Below, one piece after another: positions 15,998-29,914 of a stretch of 64,000 nt of DNA. This DNA is from the human T2T-CHM13v2.0 reference genome, Homo sapiens. The DNA lies in assembly GCF_009914755.1 (NCBI RefSeq), contig NC_060926.1, one strand, 5' to 3'. The translations under genes and the position numbers were made by a program. Each line of letters opens with the position of its first letter. The first letter of the stretch is position 1. The notes below the pieces were generated by a model, which searched no databases, was not told the DNA's origin, and worked only from the letters and a program-made list of their open reading frames with translations.

Positions 15998-16494
15998 CGT
16001 GAAGCAGGTTCACTGTGCACTGGTTACCACTTCAGCCCACTGAGTCTTGGGCTGCACTTACACTACTTGCCCAAGTCTGCTCAGACAAAACATTCACTCA
16101 CACAAATTACATGAAGTTGGTTTATTACTCACAGATAGGTGACAAGGGTCACCAGAAGCCTAGGAGTCATTTCAAGCCTGTCCTCCAGGGCTCAGGAAAG
16201 CTGCCTGGGGTGGACGGAGTCTCATCTGCATGTGCCCCCTTTGTTGAAGGGCCTCAGCACGCAGCCCAGTCTGGGTTTTATACCCCAAGATAACATGACA
16301 CACTGGACTAAAGCATTTAAGGATATCCTGTTTTCAGGGGGGACTAGAACAGAGAGTCCAGGCTATTCTGGCTGGTTCCTCCCTATCACAGAATGTTGCA
16401 TTCCCAACACATTCTACAGTTACTCATAAGAACTACAAGGAAGAAAGGAAGGAGAATTGGGTCAGTCTAAGGCCACCCAGAGAACCATCCTACA
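15998..16494 (-). mobile_element. LTR47-like ERVL solo LTR
   Basis: gtgaagcaggttcactgtgcactggttacc...gttgcattcccaacacattctacagtta...ggccacccagagaaccatcctaca; perfect 5-bp TSD gacag (15993-15997, 16495-16499). Confidence 0.85.
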
Positions 16495-17209
16495 GACAGG
16501 GGACAATACTTTGTTCCATAGGATAAACCTCAGTGTTACAGGACATGTGGCCACTGGCCTCTGGCAACCATTGTGACACCCAGTCCCTCCTCTCAAACAC
16601 ACAAATCTCCAAAATGACATCCAGGATCCATACCCTCCATCTCCCACTGGGGACATTTTGGTGATCTCAACGCAGTTCTCTAATAAACTCATCTCTGCTT
16701 AAAAATAATGAAAATCTTTATTCCTATAGGAGATGGAAACTTAAATATCTGTTCTAATCCTTTTGTTTGAAAGAAGAAAGCTGACAGGATTGTTAAGTTA
16801 TGTCATACAGTGACACAGTGGCACATTCAGAGCTGGAACTCAGGTCTCCTAAGGCTCTCCTGAATCCTATGGTCATTCCCGAGTTAAATGTTGACTGTGA
16901 AAATCATCATTTCTTCAAAGAATCACTTTAAGCAGCTGTATTTTATTTCACTAAGTTTACAAAGTGCATTACTTGTTATTGCTCCTTCCTCACACGCCAC
17001 CTCTACCTAGAAAATTGATTCCGCAATGACCATGAGTAATTATCGATCATGTAAAAAAGCAAGTCAGGTACTTGGCACAAAGTCACCCAGTAATAGGGGC
17101 CAGTTTCCTTTTGAATCCCTCAGTTGGTGACACAGGATGGTATTAGAGTTTTGGAACCATGCAGAAATTGTTTTTGGTAATTTTCAAGACCTTCTCCCAC
17201 TGCGTGAGT

Positions 17210-17375
17210 TTTGAGAATCTTCAAAACAGTCGAGTGAGGTTAGTATTTTTATCCCCTTCACAAATAACGAAACAAGTCCCTGAGAAGTGAGGGAATTTGT
17301 CCAAGGTCACGTAGCTTACAAGCGAAAGGTCAGAATCTTAGCCCAAGTCTCCTTATCTCCAAAACCATATCCCTT
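17210..17375 (-). mobile_element. MIR SINE
   Basis: gtgaggttagtatttttatcccc...gagaagtgagggaatttgtccaaggtcac. Confidence 0.7.
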
Positions 17376-17604
17376 CCAGTAATCTGTGCTTCTTATTCTC
17401 AATAAATATGCATTCCCTCTCCTTCATTTTCATTTCCTTCCTGAGGTGGTGTTCTATTTATTCTTTTTCATTTATCGGTCAAACCAGACAAAAAGAGAAA
17501 AATATTAGCACTCCTGTATATCTACAAGATAGAAGTATTTTTAATTAGTAAAACGGGATCTCCTTCATTTGAGATCCTTTGTTTGTGTTGTTAAATAATA
17601 TGGC

Positions 17605-18021
17605 TACTGTATTGCTTAAGAAACCAACTCTAACTTAAATAAATAAATAAAAAAGAAATCAATGCAAGCATATTGGGATGTCTTGTGGAATCTAAGAAAT
17701 AGTGGGCAAGCCAATTCTCAGAGAAGTGGAACAAGGAGAGCCAGGGACCTTGCCAGCAATGGTCCCTGCATCTTCTCTTGCAGGCCTGGGGTCTCTGTAG
17801 GTGTGATCCCACTTCCGACCACTCCTGGTTTCTGTGTCTGTCATTTCAAGTTTGAATCTTCATAAGCATTAACCTGAATTACCCTTCTTGGGACCAGTCA
17901 CTTAGGACCAGTACGTAAGGTCAAGTAGAAAACAGCAGCAGCTGGGAGTCCACTCCTGTGAGAAAACCAGACATTTCTCAGAGGAAAGAGACAGGACAGC
18001 CAAATCATTCATTGTTTATAC
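17605..18021 (-). mobile_element. Old MaLR LTR (MLT1K/L-like)
   Basis: aagaaaccaactctaactt...accagtcac...tttctcagaggaaa...ttgtttataca; diverged. Confidence 0.45.
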
Positions 18022-19769
18022 AACAGAAAAGGGCAAAGATGAGAACATGTTAACCAGGAAAATCATCGAGACTTGATGAAAGAAAGATCAGATACAAATG
18101 TACGGAAGTCTAAATATCTAGGTTTCAATTAGATATTCAAAGATGAAACAAAGCAGTCACTCTTATGTTTTGTAAAAGTATCCTCTATGTAAAAGACCTT
18201 TAAAAATATAAGTGTGATCTAAACAAAACCATATCTGAGGCCCAAGATGAACTCTGAGCTCTCAGCCAATCACTTAGTATCTTTAAATGCCTTGTATTCA
18301 TAGGTATGAGCTGTCTTGTGCCACCTCCACCTCCTTCTCACACCCCCATCAAACTGCAGAATTTATCTAAAAGGAAAGAGACATAAGCTAGAGTGTGGAG
18401 CAATGAGGGAGACACCACAGGCCAAGGAAAAAACCAAGACAGGATCCTGGAGAGGTGGCCTAAGACACTGAAGTCTCCAGATCATTTTAGAAGGTGACTA
18501 CAAATCCCCACTGGGTGGAGAGGAAGCTGAAGGTGTCTAGTCACTTACAGATCAATAGTAGGTGCCCATGAAATACTAACTGACTGATTGATTGACAGCT
18601 CAGAACCCGCTTTGGTGGGAAAACAATATTCAACGTTATTTTTAGCCATTGGATAAACTAGCCAGCATGTTGATTCACTGCATTTTTCATTTATGATCTA
18701 ATTGTTTTGGCATTACATAGTCACATCCATAGAGCATTTCAACCTTGCAAATGTGTTCATTTAATTTTCTTATTTCCAGGGGCAGAGTGTGCCTACAAAG
18801 CTCATAAATATTAATGCTTGGATCATACTTTTCCCTCTCAATCCCTCTCCCCCCATAGGTATTACTGAACAGCTAATGGGAATACATAACACTGTGTAAT
18901 TACTTTTTGTTTTTAAAAGTAAAGGTACAAATTCAGGTGTTTGCGCTAGAAGCAACAATCTAATTTCTCTCGTAGGCCTATATCTCATAGTGCCACACAT
19001 TCATGCAAAGAACAAGCTTAAGCTCACATTTAATAACTCCAAATGAGTTGTTTGGCACCTTTAAATAGAAAATTGGCATATAAAGGACCCCAGGGGTAGG
19101 GGGAGGGAAAAACCATCTATAGACTTTTTTCTCCTTCCTGCTGTCCCTTTCAGAATAAATTAGGGTCTTTTATTTGACTCACAAACCTACTAGGGCTACT
19201 GCTGTAACAGTGCTTGTAATTTGTCCTTGATGTATGTACCTAACACAGTGACAGTCTTTAGACAATAAAGAAGAGTCAGAATATTCCTCAAAGTAATTAG
19301 ATAATTCCCATTTGCAATTCTGATATCACCTTCCAAAGCATCAAAGAGCTCAGGCTGCTGTGTACAGGAATATGCATCACCTTATGATGTTTCTGCAATT
19401 ACTATTTATATTCAATGGAGACTATATACACACCTCTTTCCCTTTGTCTCCCCTCACCCCCACCCAACCCTACTGATCTTTCAAACAGTCATCATTCATA
19501 CAAAGAGGTTTAATTTACAAGGAAAATAATACAAATACCACATTTGCAAATAACTTACAAAAGGTAAGTCTAACAAAAGACCTAATCTCAGCCAGTTCAT
19601 TTCTTTAATGGCCAATGGAGAGAGAAAGTACAGTAAGGGAGACCTCGCTTCTCAGCAACTTAAGCCTGATGCTTTCCTGGGCTGGACCATTCTCAGAATG
19701 AGATCACTCAAAAGAGTTCGCTTATTCTGGAAGCATAGTGGATTCTCAGCAAGAAGATCTCTGATCACA

Positions 19770-20112
19770 CTGCTATAACAAAATACCATGCATTGGATAG
19801 TTTATAAACAACAAACATGTACTGCTCACAGTCCCAGAGTCTGGGAAGCCCAAGATCAAGGTGCTGGAAGATTTGCTGCCCAGTGAGGGCCTGCTTCCTG
19901 GTTCATAGCACATTCTCACTGTGTCCTCACATGGCAGAAGGGTCAAGGGAGCCCTCTAAGGCCTCTTTTTTAAGGGCACTAATCCCGCTCATGAGGGCTC
20001 ATCCTCATGACCTCATCACCTATCAAAGGCCCCACCTCCTAATACCACCACCTTGGGGGCTAGGGCTTTTAACATATGAATTTGGAGGGGCCACAAACAT
20101 TCAGACTATAGC
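19770..20112 (-). mobile_element. MLT1A-type MaLR LTR
   Basis: gctataacaaaatacca...ctgggaagcccaagatcaaggtg...gcactaatcccgctcatgaggg...aacattcagactatag. Confidence 0.85.
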
Positions 20113-20789
20113 CATCTCTCTCCTTAATTTCCCTACCTTGCCTGCCCAAGCTTTTGTGGTCTCTCTTTCAAGCCCTCTTCCACCATTCCCTCAGTTGCTC
20201 TTCTTTGAGTCAAGCACCTTTGTACCAACCCAAAAAGCATGCCCACTACGGGTGGAGCAGTGCCCTCACAAGTCGTTACCTTGACTGTATTGCATTAGAG
20301 AGCTGGAGAGGAGGGTGAGAAATGCACACTGATCTCAGAGAAGTTTGTCAGTTCGTATTTCTTGGCCTTTTTTTATCTACTATGATATGTCTGACAGAAA
20401 ATGTCCATACACGTGTTACCTCTTCATCAATGACTTTTGTCTACTTCCCACTGCTTAGACCACTTAAGTTGCCAGCCATGAGTTATGTGCAAGCTAGCTC
20501 TACCAATACCCTTTTCTTTCCCATTGAACCAGAAGATAAGATGGTAGGGACCATCAGCAGAATAGGACAGACACAAATACATTAAAGTATAGTGGAACAA
20601 AATAAGTGGATATATATTTATTATAAACAATGGCAACTTTAAATAAATACTGATAATTATGGACACATAAGAAGGATCCAAGCAGTGGGAGAAGGGTGGA
20701 TAAAGATAGTGGAAATCCCTTTATGAAAACCCCAATCGAGATGGAATAAGGAACCTTACCTACAGAATGTTTAAAAAAAAAATTCTAAC

Positions 20790-23414
20790 ACTTGTTAGAG
20801 GGAATTTATCCAAAAACGGCCTACTGCAATGAAGTTTTGTAGTAGGAAAAGTGGGGATTTATAGCCCAGGAGCAGGATGGGGGTCAGTGGATGGAAAACT
20901 GCTGGTATGATTTAGCTCTGTCCTCACCCAAATCTCATCTTGAATTGTAGTTACCATAACCCTCCACTTGTCATGGGAGAAAGCTGGTGGGAAATAATTG
21001 AATCATGGGGGCAGTTTCCTCCATGCTACTTTCATGATAGTAAGTTCTCATGAGATCTGATGGTTTTATAAGGGCCTTCTCCCTTCATTCAGTTCTCATG
21101 CTTCTCCTTCCTGCTGCCATGTAAAGAAGGACATGTTTGCTTCCACTTCCACCGTGATGTATGTTTCCTGAGGCCTCCACAGCCCTGTGGAACTGTGAGT
21201 CAATTAAACCTCTTTCCTTTATAAACTACCTAGTCTTGGGCAGTTTTTTATAGCAGCATGAGACTAGACTAATACAGTAAATTGGTACCACAGGGAGTGG
21301 GGTGCTGCTGTAAAGACATCCGAAAATGTGGAAGCAACTTTGGAACTGGGTAACAGGCAGAGGTTAGAAAAGTTTGGAGGGCTCAGAAGAAGACAGAAAA
21401 ATGTGGGAAAGTTTGGAGCCTCCTAGAGACTTGTTGAATGGCTCTGACTAAAATGCTGATAGGAATATGGACAATGAAGTCCAGGCTGAGCTGGTCTCAG
21501 ATGGCAATAAGGAACTTGTTGAAAACTGGAATAAAAGTCACTCTTGCTATGCAAAGAGACTGGTGGCATTTTTCCCCGGCCCTAGAGATCTGTGGAACTT
21601 CAAACTTGAGAAAGATGATTAAGGGTATCTGGCAGAAGAAATTTCTAAGCAGCAAAGCATTCAAGAGGAAGCAGAGCATAAAAGTTTGAAAATTTTTCAG
21701 TCTGACGATATGACAGAAAAGAAAACCCCATTTTCTGGGAAGAAATGCAAGCCCTGCAGAAATTTGCATAAGTAATGAGGAATGTTAATCACCAAGACAA
21801 TGGGGAAAATGTCTCCAGGGCATGCCAGAGACCTTCATGGCAGCCCCTCCCATCACAGGCCCCAAAGGCTATGAGGAAAAAATAGTTTCATGGGCCCATC
21901 CAAAGGTCCCCCTGCTCTATGCAGCCTCAGAATATGGTGCCATGCATCCCAGCTGCTTCGGCTTCAGCTGTGGCTAAAGAAGGTGAACGTACAGCTCAGG
22001 CCATTGCTTTAGAGGGTGCAAGCCCCAAGCCTTGGCAGCTTACACATGGTTTTGGTCTGTGAGTGCGTAGAAGTCAACAACTGAGGTCTGGAAACCTCCA
22101 TCTAGATTTCATAGAATATATGGAAATGCCTGGGTGTCCAGGCAGAAGTTTGCCGCAGGGGCAGAGCCCTAATGGAGAGCCTCTGCTAGGTAAGGTTGAA
22201 GGGAAACATGAGGTCAGAGTCCCCACACAGAGTCCCCACTGGAGCGTTGCCTAATGAGGTTGTGAAAAGAGGGCCAGCATCCTCCAGACTCCAGAATGGT
22301 AGATCCACAAACAGCTTATGCTATGCCCTTGGAAAAGCCATAGACCCTCAATTCTAACCCATGAAAGCAGCTGGGAGAGGGGCTGTACCCTCCAAAGCCA
22401 CAGGGGCAGAGAGGCCCAAGGCAATGGGAGACCACCTCTTTTATCAGCATGACCTGGATGTGAGACATCGAGTCAAAGGAGATCATTTTGGAACTTTAAG
22501 GTTTAATGCTTGCCCTATTAGATTTCACACTTGCATGGAACCTGTAGCCCCTTTGTTTTGGTCAATTTCTCCCATTTGGAATGGGTGTATTTACTTGATG
22601 CCTGTACCCCCATTGTATCTAGGAGGTAACTAATTTGCTTTTGATTTTACAGGGTCATAGGCAGAAGGGACTTGCCTTGTCTCAGATGAAACCTTAGACT
22701 TGAACTTTTGGTTAATGCTGGAATGAGTTAAGATATTCGGGGACTGTTGCAAGGATATGATTGTGTTTTGAAATGTGAGGATGTGAGATTTGGGAGGGGC
22801 CAGGGGTAGAATGATATGGTTTGGCTGTGTCCCCACTGAAATCTTATCTTGAATTGTAGTTCCCATAATCCTCACATGTCATGGGAGAAACCTGGTAGGA
22901 TATAAATGAATCATGGGGCAGTTTCCTCCATGCTATTCTTGAGATAGTGAATAAGTTCTCATGAGATCTAATGGTTTTATAAGGGGCTTCCCTCTTCACC
23001 CAGCTCTCATTCTTCTTCTTCCTTATGCCATGTGAAAAAGATATGTTTGCTTCCCTTTCCACCATGATTGTAAGTTTCCTGAGGCCTCCCCAGCTCTGCA
23101 GAACTGTGAGTCAATTAAACCTCTTTCCTTTATAAATTACCCAGTTTCAAGCTGTTCTTTATAGCAGCATGAGAATGGACTAATACAACTGCTAAGAGGA
23201 AGCATCAGGGGTAAGGAAGATTCTGGCTCAATAGACTTAACAGGATTCTTGCTGAAGCCAGGAAAGGATAGTCAGACATCACCTGGGGGATGGTGATATC
23301 TGATGGCTAAACCCACTTACTAGGATTCTTGCTCTTGAAAATAGGCCCAAGGACAGGACCCAGTAGAGAAAGGGCATAGAGACCACAGTTTAATTAAGAA
23401 AAGGGTCTTTGTCA
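20790..23414 (-). mobile_element. MER31-like ERV1 LTR split by the THE1 insertion
   Basis: ggatttatagcccaggagcagg...gggtcagtggatggaaaa [THE1] ctaagaggaagcatcaggggtaagg...aggattcttgctgaa...gtctttgtca. Confidence 0.75.
20903..23187 (+). mobile_element. Full-length THE1 (THE1C/D) MaLR element: LTR 20903-21276, internal 21277-22811, LTR 22812-23187
   Basis: Two similar LTRs ending ctaataca; internal gtaaattggtacc...tttgggaggggccaggggtagaa; perfect TSD actgc at 20898-20902 and 23188-23192. Confidence 0.96.
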
Positions 23415-24661
23415 GTAATCACCCATTCCCACCTAAAGGGTTTTATTCTGAAACGCTTCTCTGCTCAAAACTTTCAAACCATTGTTCTTTGTCTCATGAT
23501 AAAACAGGAGGTATTGTTTTGTTCTGAAATATAAGAATGGAAACAAATTAAAATGTTATGCCAAAGCTCAACTGTGCAGGGAAGCATTTCTATCATCTAT
23601 GAATGCATGTTAGGTGGACACCCTGCCACATGCTTTTCCTGTGGCATGGCCATGAAAAGCTGACGATAGGAACTTGGCACTGGCAGCTGAGGGGTTGATA
23701 TCACTATTTCAGGGCCACCCTGAAAACAGCACACTTAATTGGTCAACTATTTTTCCTGCTTCTACCACATGAACTGATGGTATTACACACGTTTCAACTT
23801 ACTCCACACTGTGCCAGTTATTGCAAATGCATCACAATAAAGGGGTTTTGTATGAAAATACTTGAAACTATTTAAAGTACCTGTAAACACACGCATACTT
23901 GTTTTGTTACATTTTCTCCAATTGTAACCAGGGGCCATGTCTGTCTCTTTTTTCTCCATTGTTTTCCGCCTTCCGTTATGCATTAGAGATGAATTTGTAT
24001 TGCATTGTGATTCCTTCTTCACCTAAAAACTATCAGAATTGTATTCACCCTAGTGCACTGTGCATAAAGCAGTGTTTCTCAAAATGTGATCCATGGAATG
24101 GTCTGTCGCAAGCTTAATATTTTTGCAGGTAGAATATCATTTTAATGAATACCTTCCAACACTTGATTTAGAAGTTAGCACAGTTAGCACCCTATGTTAG
24201 CACAGGCTGACACAGCTTTGCCCAGATGGCTACTATAAATTGTATTTTAGTGTTAACTATATGTTAAATAGATTCATTTATAGGGCATATTTATTTAAAG
24301 ATGTATTTGTTTAACAACAATGAAAATCATCTTTTTAATCCAGAATCTGTGCCAAACTATATATTTCAAATATGATAGTTTAGAACTTTTTAAAAAAGTA
24401 TTGGAATTGCATTTATCTCTATGTTTTGTTGGTTGTTCGTAAAGGCTGTTTTGCTTTTTATCCTGATTTCTTCATCACCAATATTTCTTCATATCTTAGA
24501 AAGTGAACTGATTCCCTTTTCTCACTTTTCCCTTCTATCCTATCTAGCTCAGCATATGGTGTTATCATTGTTTGTTTAGGTAATGAATTTTTCCAACTTT
24601 ATCGTCTCAAATCAGATCTCAGGTTTATTCGTGTTTGTCCCTTAGGTCCTGGGAAATATAA

Positions 24662-25059
24662 TGTACCATTTGGATTCTCTGAGAGACAGACACTGAGGGG
24701 AAGGTAGGCAAACAAAGGGTTTATTAGGGGGAAGCATCCATGAAAGAAAAGGAAAGAAGGCAGGATGGGACAGGGGAAATGGTCAGATGGTGACATACAT
24801 CTGATAAAGTCACTCTCTGCCCAACAGGGAGCAAAGATTGTCTGTTAGAGGAGTCAGTCCAATTTTGGGATGGAAATTCCATCAAATCATCCTCGTACCA
24901 CTGTCTTTCTCTGTCGTTTTCTGCCAACTTCCCCAGAAGAGCAAGACTGCATTGCAAAAAGCTATAGATCCTCAAGGAACTACCCACTAACCACAGTCCT
25001 GTGGCAGCAACTCCTTTCTTGAAGGGGGATCAGAGTGGTGCATCTCTGTGTCTGCCACA
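24662..25059 (-). mobile_element. LTR16-family ERVL LTR
   Basis: tg...cagacactgagg...gtttattagggg...ttgaagggggatc...gcatctctgtgtctgccaca. Confidence 0.65.
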
Positions 25060-25081
25060 GAAAAGATTCTATTTAAATTAA

Positions 25082-25205
25082 TTATTTATTTTTGTAGAAA
25101 GACAGTGGTCTATGTTGCCCAGGCTGGTCTCAAACTCCTTGGTGCAAACAATCCTCCCACCTCAGCCTCCAATGGTATTACAGGCGTGAGCCACTGAGCC
25201 TGGCC
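25082..25205 (-). mobile_element. Alu left monomer (FLAM-like)
   Basis: tatgttgcccaggctggtctcaaactcc...aatcctcccacctcagcctcc...gtgagccactgagcctggcc. Confidence 0.85.
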
Positions 25206-26484
25206 TCTATTTTATTTTAAACAAATGACAAATCATCAACACAGAATTTTGAAAAGAAAGAGAAATTCTAAGACTAATAGATTAAATATCGCATCAGGAT
25301 ACATAAATACATACATTGCAATATCATTATTTAGTTTTCCAACACCATACACAAATTTACAAATCCATATATCTGACTTGTTAATATGTGCAATCATATT
25401 TTGTTCATATAAACATTTTAAAATGCACAATGCTAGAAATCCAATGGACAAGCCATAAATTGGCACAAAAGAATGGAGAAGAAAAACACAAGTTCTTTAC
25501 ATACAAATATGTGTTTTATTTGCAAAGAAAAACTTAATTCCATGTAGATATTATAATTAACATTTAATAATATATTTATTAATATAAAATGACACACTGG
25601 TATTGGAAGAACATGTAAATACCCAACATCTAGCATTTCACATACATAGAATATTTGGGAAGTGATTGGTGCAGTGGAGTGGGAGAGGGGTTCAGTTTAT
25701 CTTAAATAGTTTTATAGAAAGTACACATTTATTTTTAAGAATTCACACAGCAAAGTATTGGACACATAAATCTTCAGGCATTTCAAAATTGTTTTGAATT
25801 TTTAAAAATTATGTAATAATTTATACTGTGTTTTATATTTATGGTTTTTTGTAAGTACTGTGGAAATTGGTGAGCATTAATTGTCCACAGACACCAGCTA
25901 TTAGGGAACACTTATCATAGTTAATGTTTAACATCTGCATTAATACTACATGTACCTGTTAATTAACCCCCTTTGTGTGGAATGTTTATGGTGCATCACA
26001 TTCTCTAATATTTTCCTCAAGATAATACAAAAGTTAATGAGAACCGCACATGTGCATCAAGAAGAGAATAGAGCCTTTGTCCTAATCTTATTAAGTTGCT
26101 CCAGATGCGATAATATTGTCCCATCTCCAAATGACTTTCTTTATTATCACTTTAAACGAATAAGATTTAAAATTAGAAAACAAAGTAACACAAGCAAAGA
26201 ACTTCCTGAACTTGCATTTATTTTTTATTTTCCTTAATAATCTTAAATTTCCTTTGGGTAAAAGAAAGTGCTTGCAGAGTCATTACACAGCTGATTATAG
26301 ATCTAGGGACATTTTTCTTGTGCATAAAGCTGAGTTATAAAGCTCAGATTATTTTCAACTCCAGAAGAGAACCAAATACCGATTCTATCAAGCATTATAT
26401 CACCCATTTTTAAACATTATCTGCTGAGTGACAACTATGTGCCTGTAGTATACTAAATGCATCCACATATAGTGTCTCATTTAA

Positions 26485-27470
26485 TCATTTATTCATTCGA
26501 CACATATTTATTAAATTAAGCACCTTCTGTAGTAGGCAATAAGAATACAACAGTGAGCAAAGCAGGCATATTTTCTTCGTGCATCTTTCAATCTGGTGGG
26601 AGATTCATAGAAGATAACTCCATCAGTCATCTATTGCTGCAGAATAAACTATCGTAAAACTCTGTGGCATCCAACTATAAGCATTAATTATCACATTTGT
26701 TGGTCTATAGGTCAGCTGGGGCAGCTCAACTCCTTATGTCTCTCATTCTTCCAGTACCAGGAAATGACCAAGTGCATGTCCTTCTTAAGGCAATGGCAGA
26801 GGTGCAAGAGAACCAGTCCTACTACACAAACACACTTCAAGCCTTTGCTCGTGTCCTATCCACTAACATCCCATTGACCAAGTGAAGTCCCATGGCCAAG
26901 CCCAAAACTAATAGAGTGGAAAGTATACCCTGTCCACAGTGAGACAGTGAGAGGAGTAAGAATTTCTGAACAATAATCCAAACTATCACATATAATGATA
27001 GAATTGAAAACTCTGGCAGCAAAGTGACAGAAGTTTGAGAGTACTTGGTCAGGATCTAACAGGAGGGCTGGATCACATCTGGGGTCAGGAAGACTTCCCT
27101 GAAGATAAGAGACATGAGCTGCAAACTGGATAGGTCAAAAATAACTAGGTAAAGAGGAAGGTGGGGAATTACCCAGGTGGTGAAACAGTGGGTAGCATGG
27201 CAATTTCAAGGAACAGGAAGGGAGCCCTGAGAGCGCTGTTCAGAGAGTGAGGAAGAAGGTGGAAGAGCATGAAGCTGGAGAAGTGGGTCAAGTGAGATCT
27301 TGCAGGGCCTTGCAGACCATGTTCAGGATTCCATCTTTACCCTGAGATCAATCAGAGGCAATGGAGAATTTTAAATAAGTGAGAGATGTGATCAATTTCT
27401 GTTTTGGAAATTACTCTAGTTGCAATGAAGGAAACAGCTGGGAATGGACTTAAAGAAAGTCATCTGCAGA
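26485..27470 (-). mobile_element. L2 LINE interrupted by an MLT1 LTR
   Basis: attcattcgacacatatttatt...; ggaagacttccctgaaga...gcagggccttgcagaccatg...ttttggaaattactctagttgca. Confidence 0.7.
26618..26990 (-). mobile_element. MLT1I/H-like MaLR LTR
   Basis: atcagtcatctattgctgc...catcccattgaccaagtgaagtcccatggccaagccc...ctgaacaataatccaaactatcaca. Confidence 0.75.
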
Positions 27471-27474
27471 TAGA

Positions 27475-27690
27475 GGGTAATCAACATCATTGGCATAGAT
27501 TAGGGGTTAGTCCACTGCCTATTTTTGTAAACCAAATTTTATTGTACCACAGCCACACTTAATCATGCATAGATTGTCTATGGCTGCTTTTTTGCTGCAA
27601 TGCAAATTTGAGTCATTGTGACAAAGACCTTATGGCCACAAAGACTGAAATATTTACTGTCTGGGCCTTTACAGAGTTTGCCAACGCCTG
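27475..27690 (+). mobile_element. MER58A hAT-Charlie MITE
   Basis: ccactgcctatttttgtaaa...ttgtctatggctgcttt...aatatttactgtctgggcctttacagagtttgccaac. Confidence 0.8.
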
Positions 27691-27794
27691 CATCATTGAG
27701 ATAGCTTTAAGAAGAATCATAGAGGAAGCCGACAGAGGACCTAGGGCATAGCCTGATAAAGAAGAGAATGATGAGACACCAAAAGAAACTGAAA

Positions 27795-28087
<293 letters not shown>

Positions 28088-28166
28088 AAAAGAAACTGAA
28101 AATCCTGATCTGCCAACAAGAGATTTTAGCCCCACTTTACGGATTTAGAAACATAGGTTCAGAGAG

Positions 28167-28707
28167 TGTGGTAGATTGCAACATACAGCCACAGTTTCCT
28201 TCCCTTCCTATATGCATATCCCACTGCAATGCGACATTGCTGCTTATCCTGTCAAAAGGTGAAGGATTCTTCTCCACGGCTTTGGTTCTGGGTGGTCCTG
28301 GTGAATAGTTTTCACCAATAAAATGTGGCAAGAGTGACACTGCAGGAGTTCCAAGTCTCAGCTTTGAGGCCTTAGTTTTCATTTTCACTCTCCTGTCCTG
28401 AGACTGTCATGTGAGGAGGCCTGGTCTGGGTGCCTTGAAGATGAGCATTCACATGGAGAAAGAGGAGCAGCCAACAGCCAGCAACACCCTCCCAACATGT
28501 GCATGAGGCCATCCAGGACTCTCCAGATCCCAGGAAGCAGCTGCCTGGCTGCTGACACTTGAGTGATCCCAGGCGAGTTTAGCAGAAGGACCACCCGGCT
28601 AAGTGCTGTCTGAATTGTTGACCCACAAAATCCTGAACTAATGAATTCTTGTTTGAAGCCACTAAGCTTTGGGACAGTTTGTAACACAGAGAGAGATAAT
28701 TGAAACA
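28167..28707 (+). mobile_element. MLT1G/H-like MaLR LTR
   Basis: tgtggtagattgc...ccaataaaatgtggc...gtttgaagccactaagctttggg...gataattgaaaca. Confidence 0.8.
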
Positions 28708-29067
28708 AAGACATTAAGTGACTTTCTAAGATCACATGGCCATACACCCATTATGTAGCAAGCTAGGATTGAAACTTTGTTTTAGGACTGCAAGTTCCCA
28801 ACATGTTCTCTATTCAAGTCTATACATGGCAAAAAACAGCAAACCTATGATATTATGTTAGTCTTCCTGATGATCTGTCTCAATGCACTTACTTGACTGA
28901 TTCTAGAGTTGGACAATTTGTTATTATGTGAAGGGGATTGAGAATACCCTCTTGTATAAAACAGAAGATACGGAATACAGAAATATTGTGCCAGCTTGCC
29001 AAGTGTCTGAAAATTCAAACATACACAACTTTATTAGTTCGTTTTTGCTTTTTTTTGCCTTTATTGC

Positions 29068-29306
29068 TTCCTTCCTTCCTTCTTTTCTTTCCTTTCCTTC
29101 CTTCCTTTCTTCTTTTCTTTCCTTTCCTTCCCTCCTTTTCTTTCTCTTCCTTCCTTCCTTCCTTCCCTTTCCTTCCTTCTTTTCTTTCCTTTTCTTCCCT
29201 CCTTTCCTTTCCTTCCCTTCCTTCCTTCCCGCCTTGTTTCCTTTCCCTTCCTTCCTTCTTTTCTTTCCTTTCCTTTTCTTCCCTCCTTTCCTTTCCTTCT
29301 CTCTCT
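29068..29306. repeat. Polypyrimidine (TTCC/TTTC)n low-complexity tract
   Basis: About 240 nt, almost exclusively C/T. Confidence 0.95.
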
Positions 29307-29914
29307 AAAATCAAGTTATGTGCTTGCTAACAAATGTGAGAGATGGTTAGGAACAGACTGGGAGATACTGAAAGGAAGAGTAACTGCCCTACAGATACAG
29401 GTATAAACCAAGCACAGAGGAAAAGAGGTGACGCTGAAAGCATCAGAAATGCCAAATGAAAGGATGATAAAGGATGGAGAACAGGACTCAAAGAGACACT
29501 GAGTTATGCTCACCAGAATGGCTAGCATCAGAAGACTAACCACACCAAATGTTGGCAAAGATAAGGAGCAAATATTACTCTTATACATCGCTGATAAGGG
29601 TATCAAATGGCACAGCCACTTTGGCAGTATTGTTAAGGTTAAACATTCATCTATCCTGTGACCCAACAATTCCTCTCCTAGGCATTTATGCGAGAGAAAT
29701 GAAAACATATGTTCTCAAAAAGACTTACATAGAAATGTTTATTGCAGTCATACTCGTAACAGCCAAAAACTGGAAACAGCCCAAATATCCATCAACAGGA
29801 TAATGGATAAACAAATTGTGGTGTATTCATACTATAAAATGACCCTCAGTAATAAAAAGAATGAAATACTAATATACGCAACAACACCGACAACTCTCAA
29901 AAATATTGTTAAGC

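Noticed and set aside
19817-20284. 155-aa ORF
   Set aside because: Mostly antisense MLT1A LTR sequence
21438-23065. Several ORFs inside THE1
   Set aside because: Short fragments of a decayed non-autonomous MaLR element; no intact gag or pol
28928-29330. Overlapping F/S/L/P-rich and K/E/R/G-rich ORFs
   Set aside because: Artefacts of a stop-free CT-rich low-complexity tract
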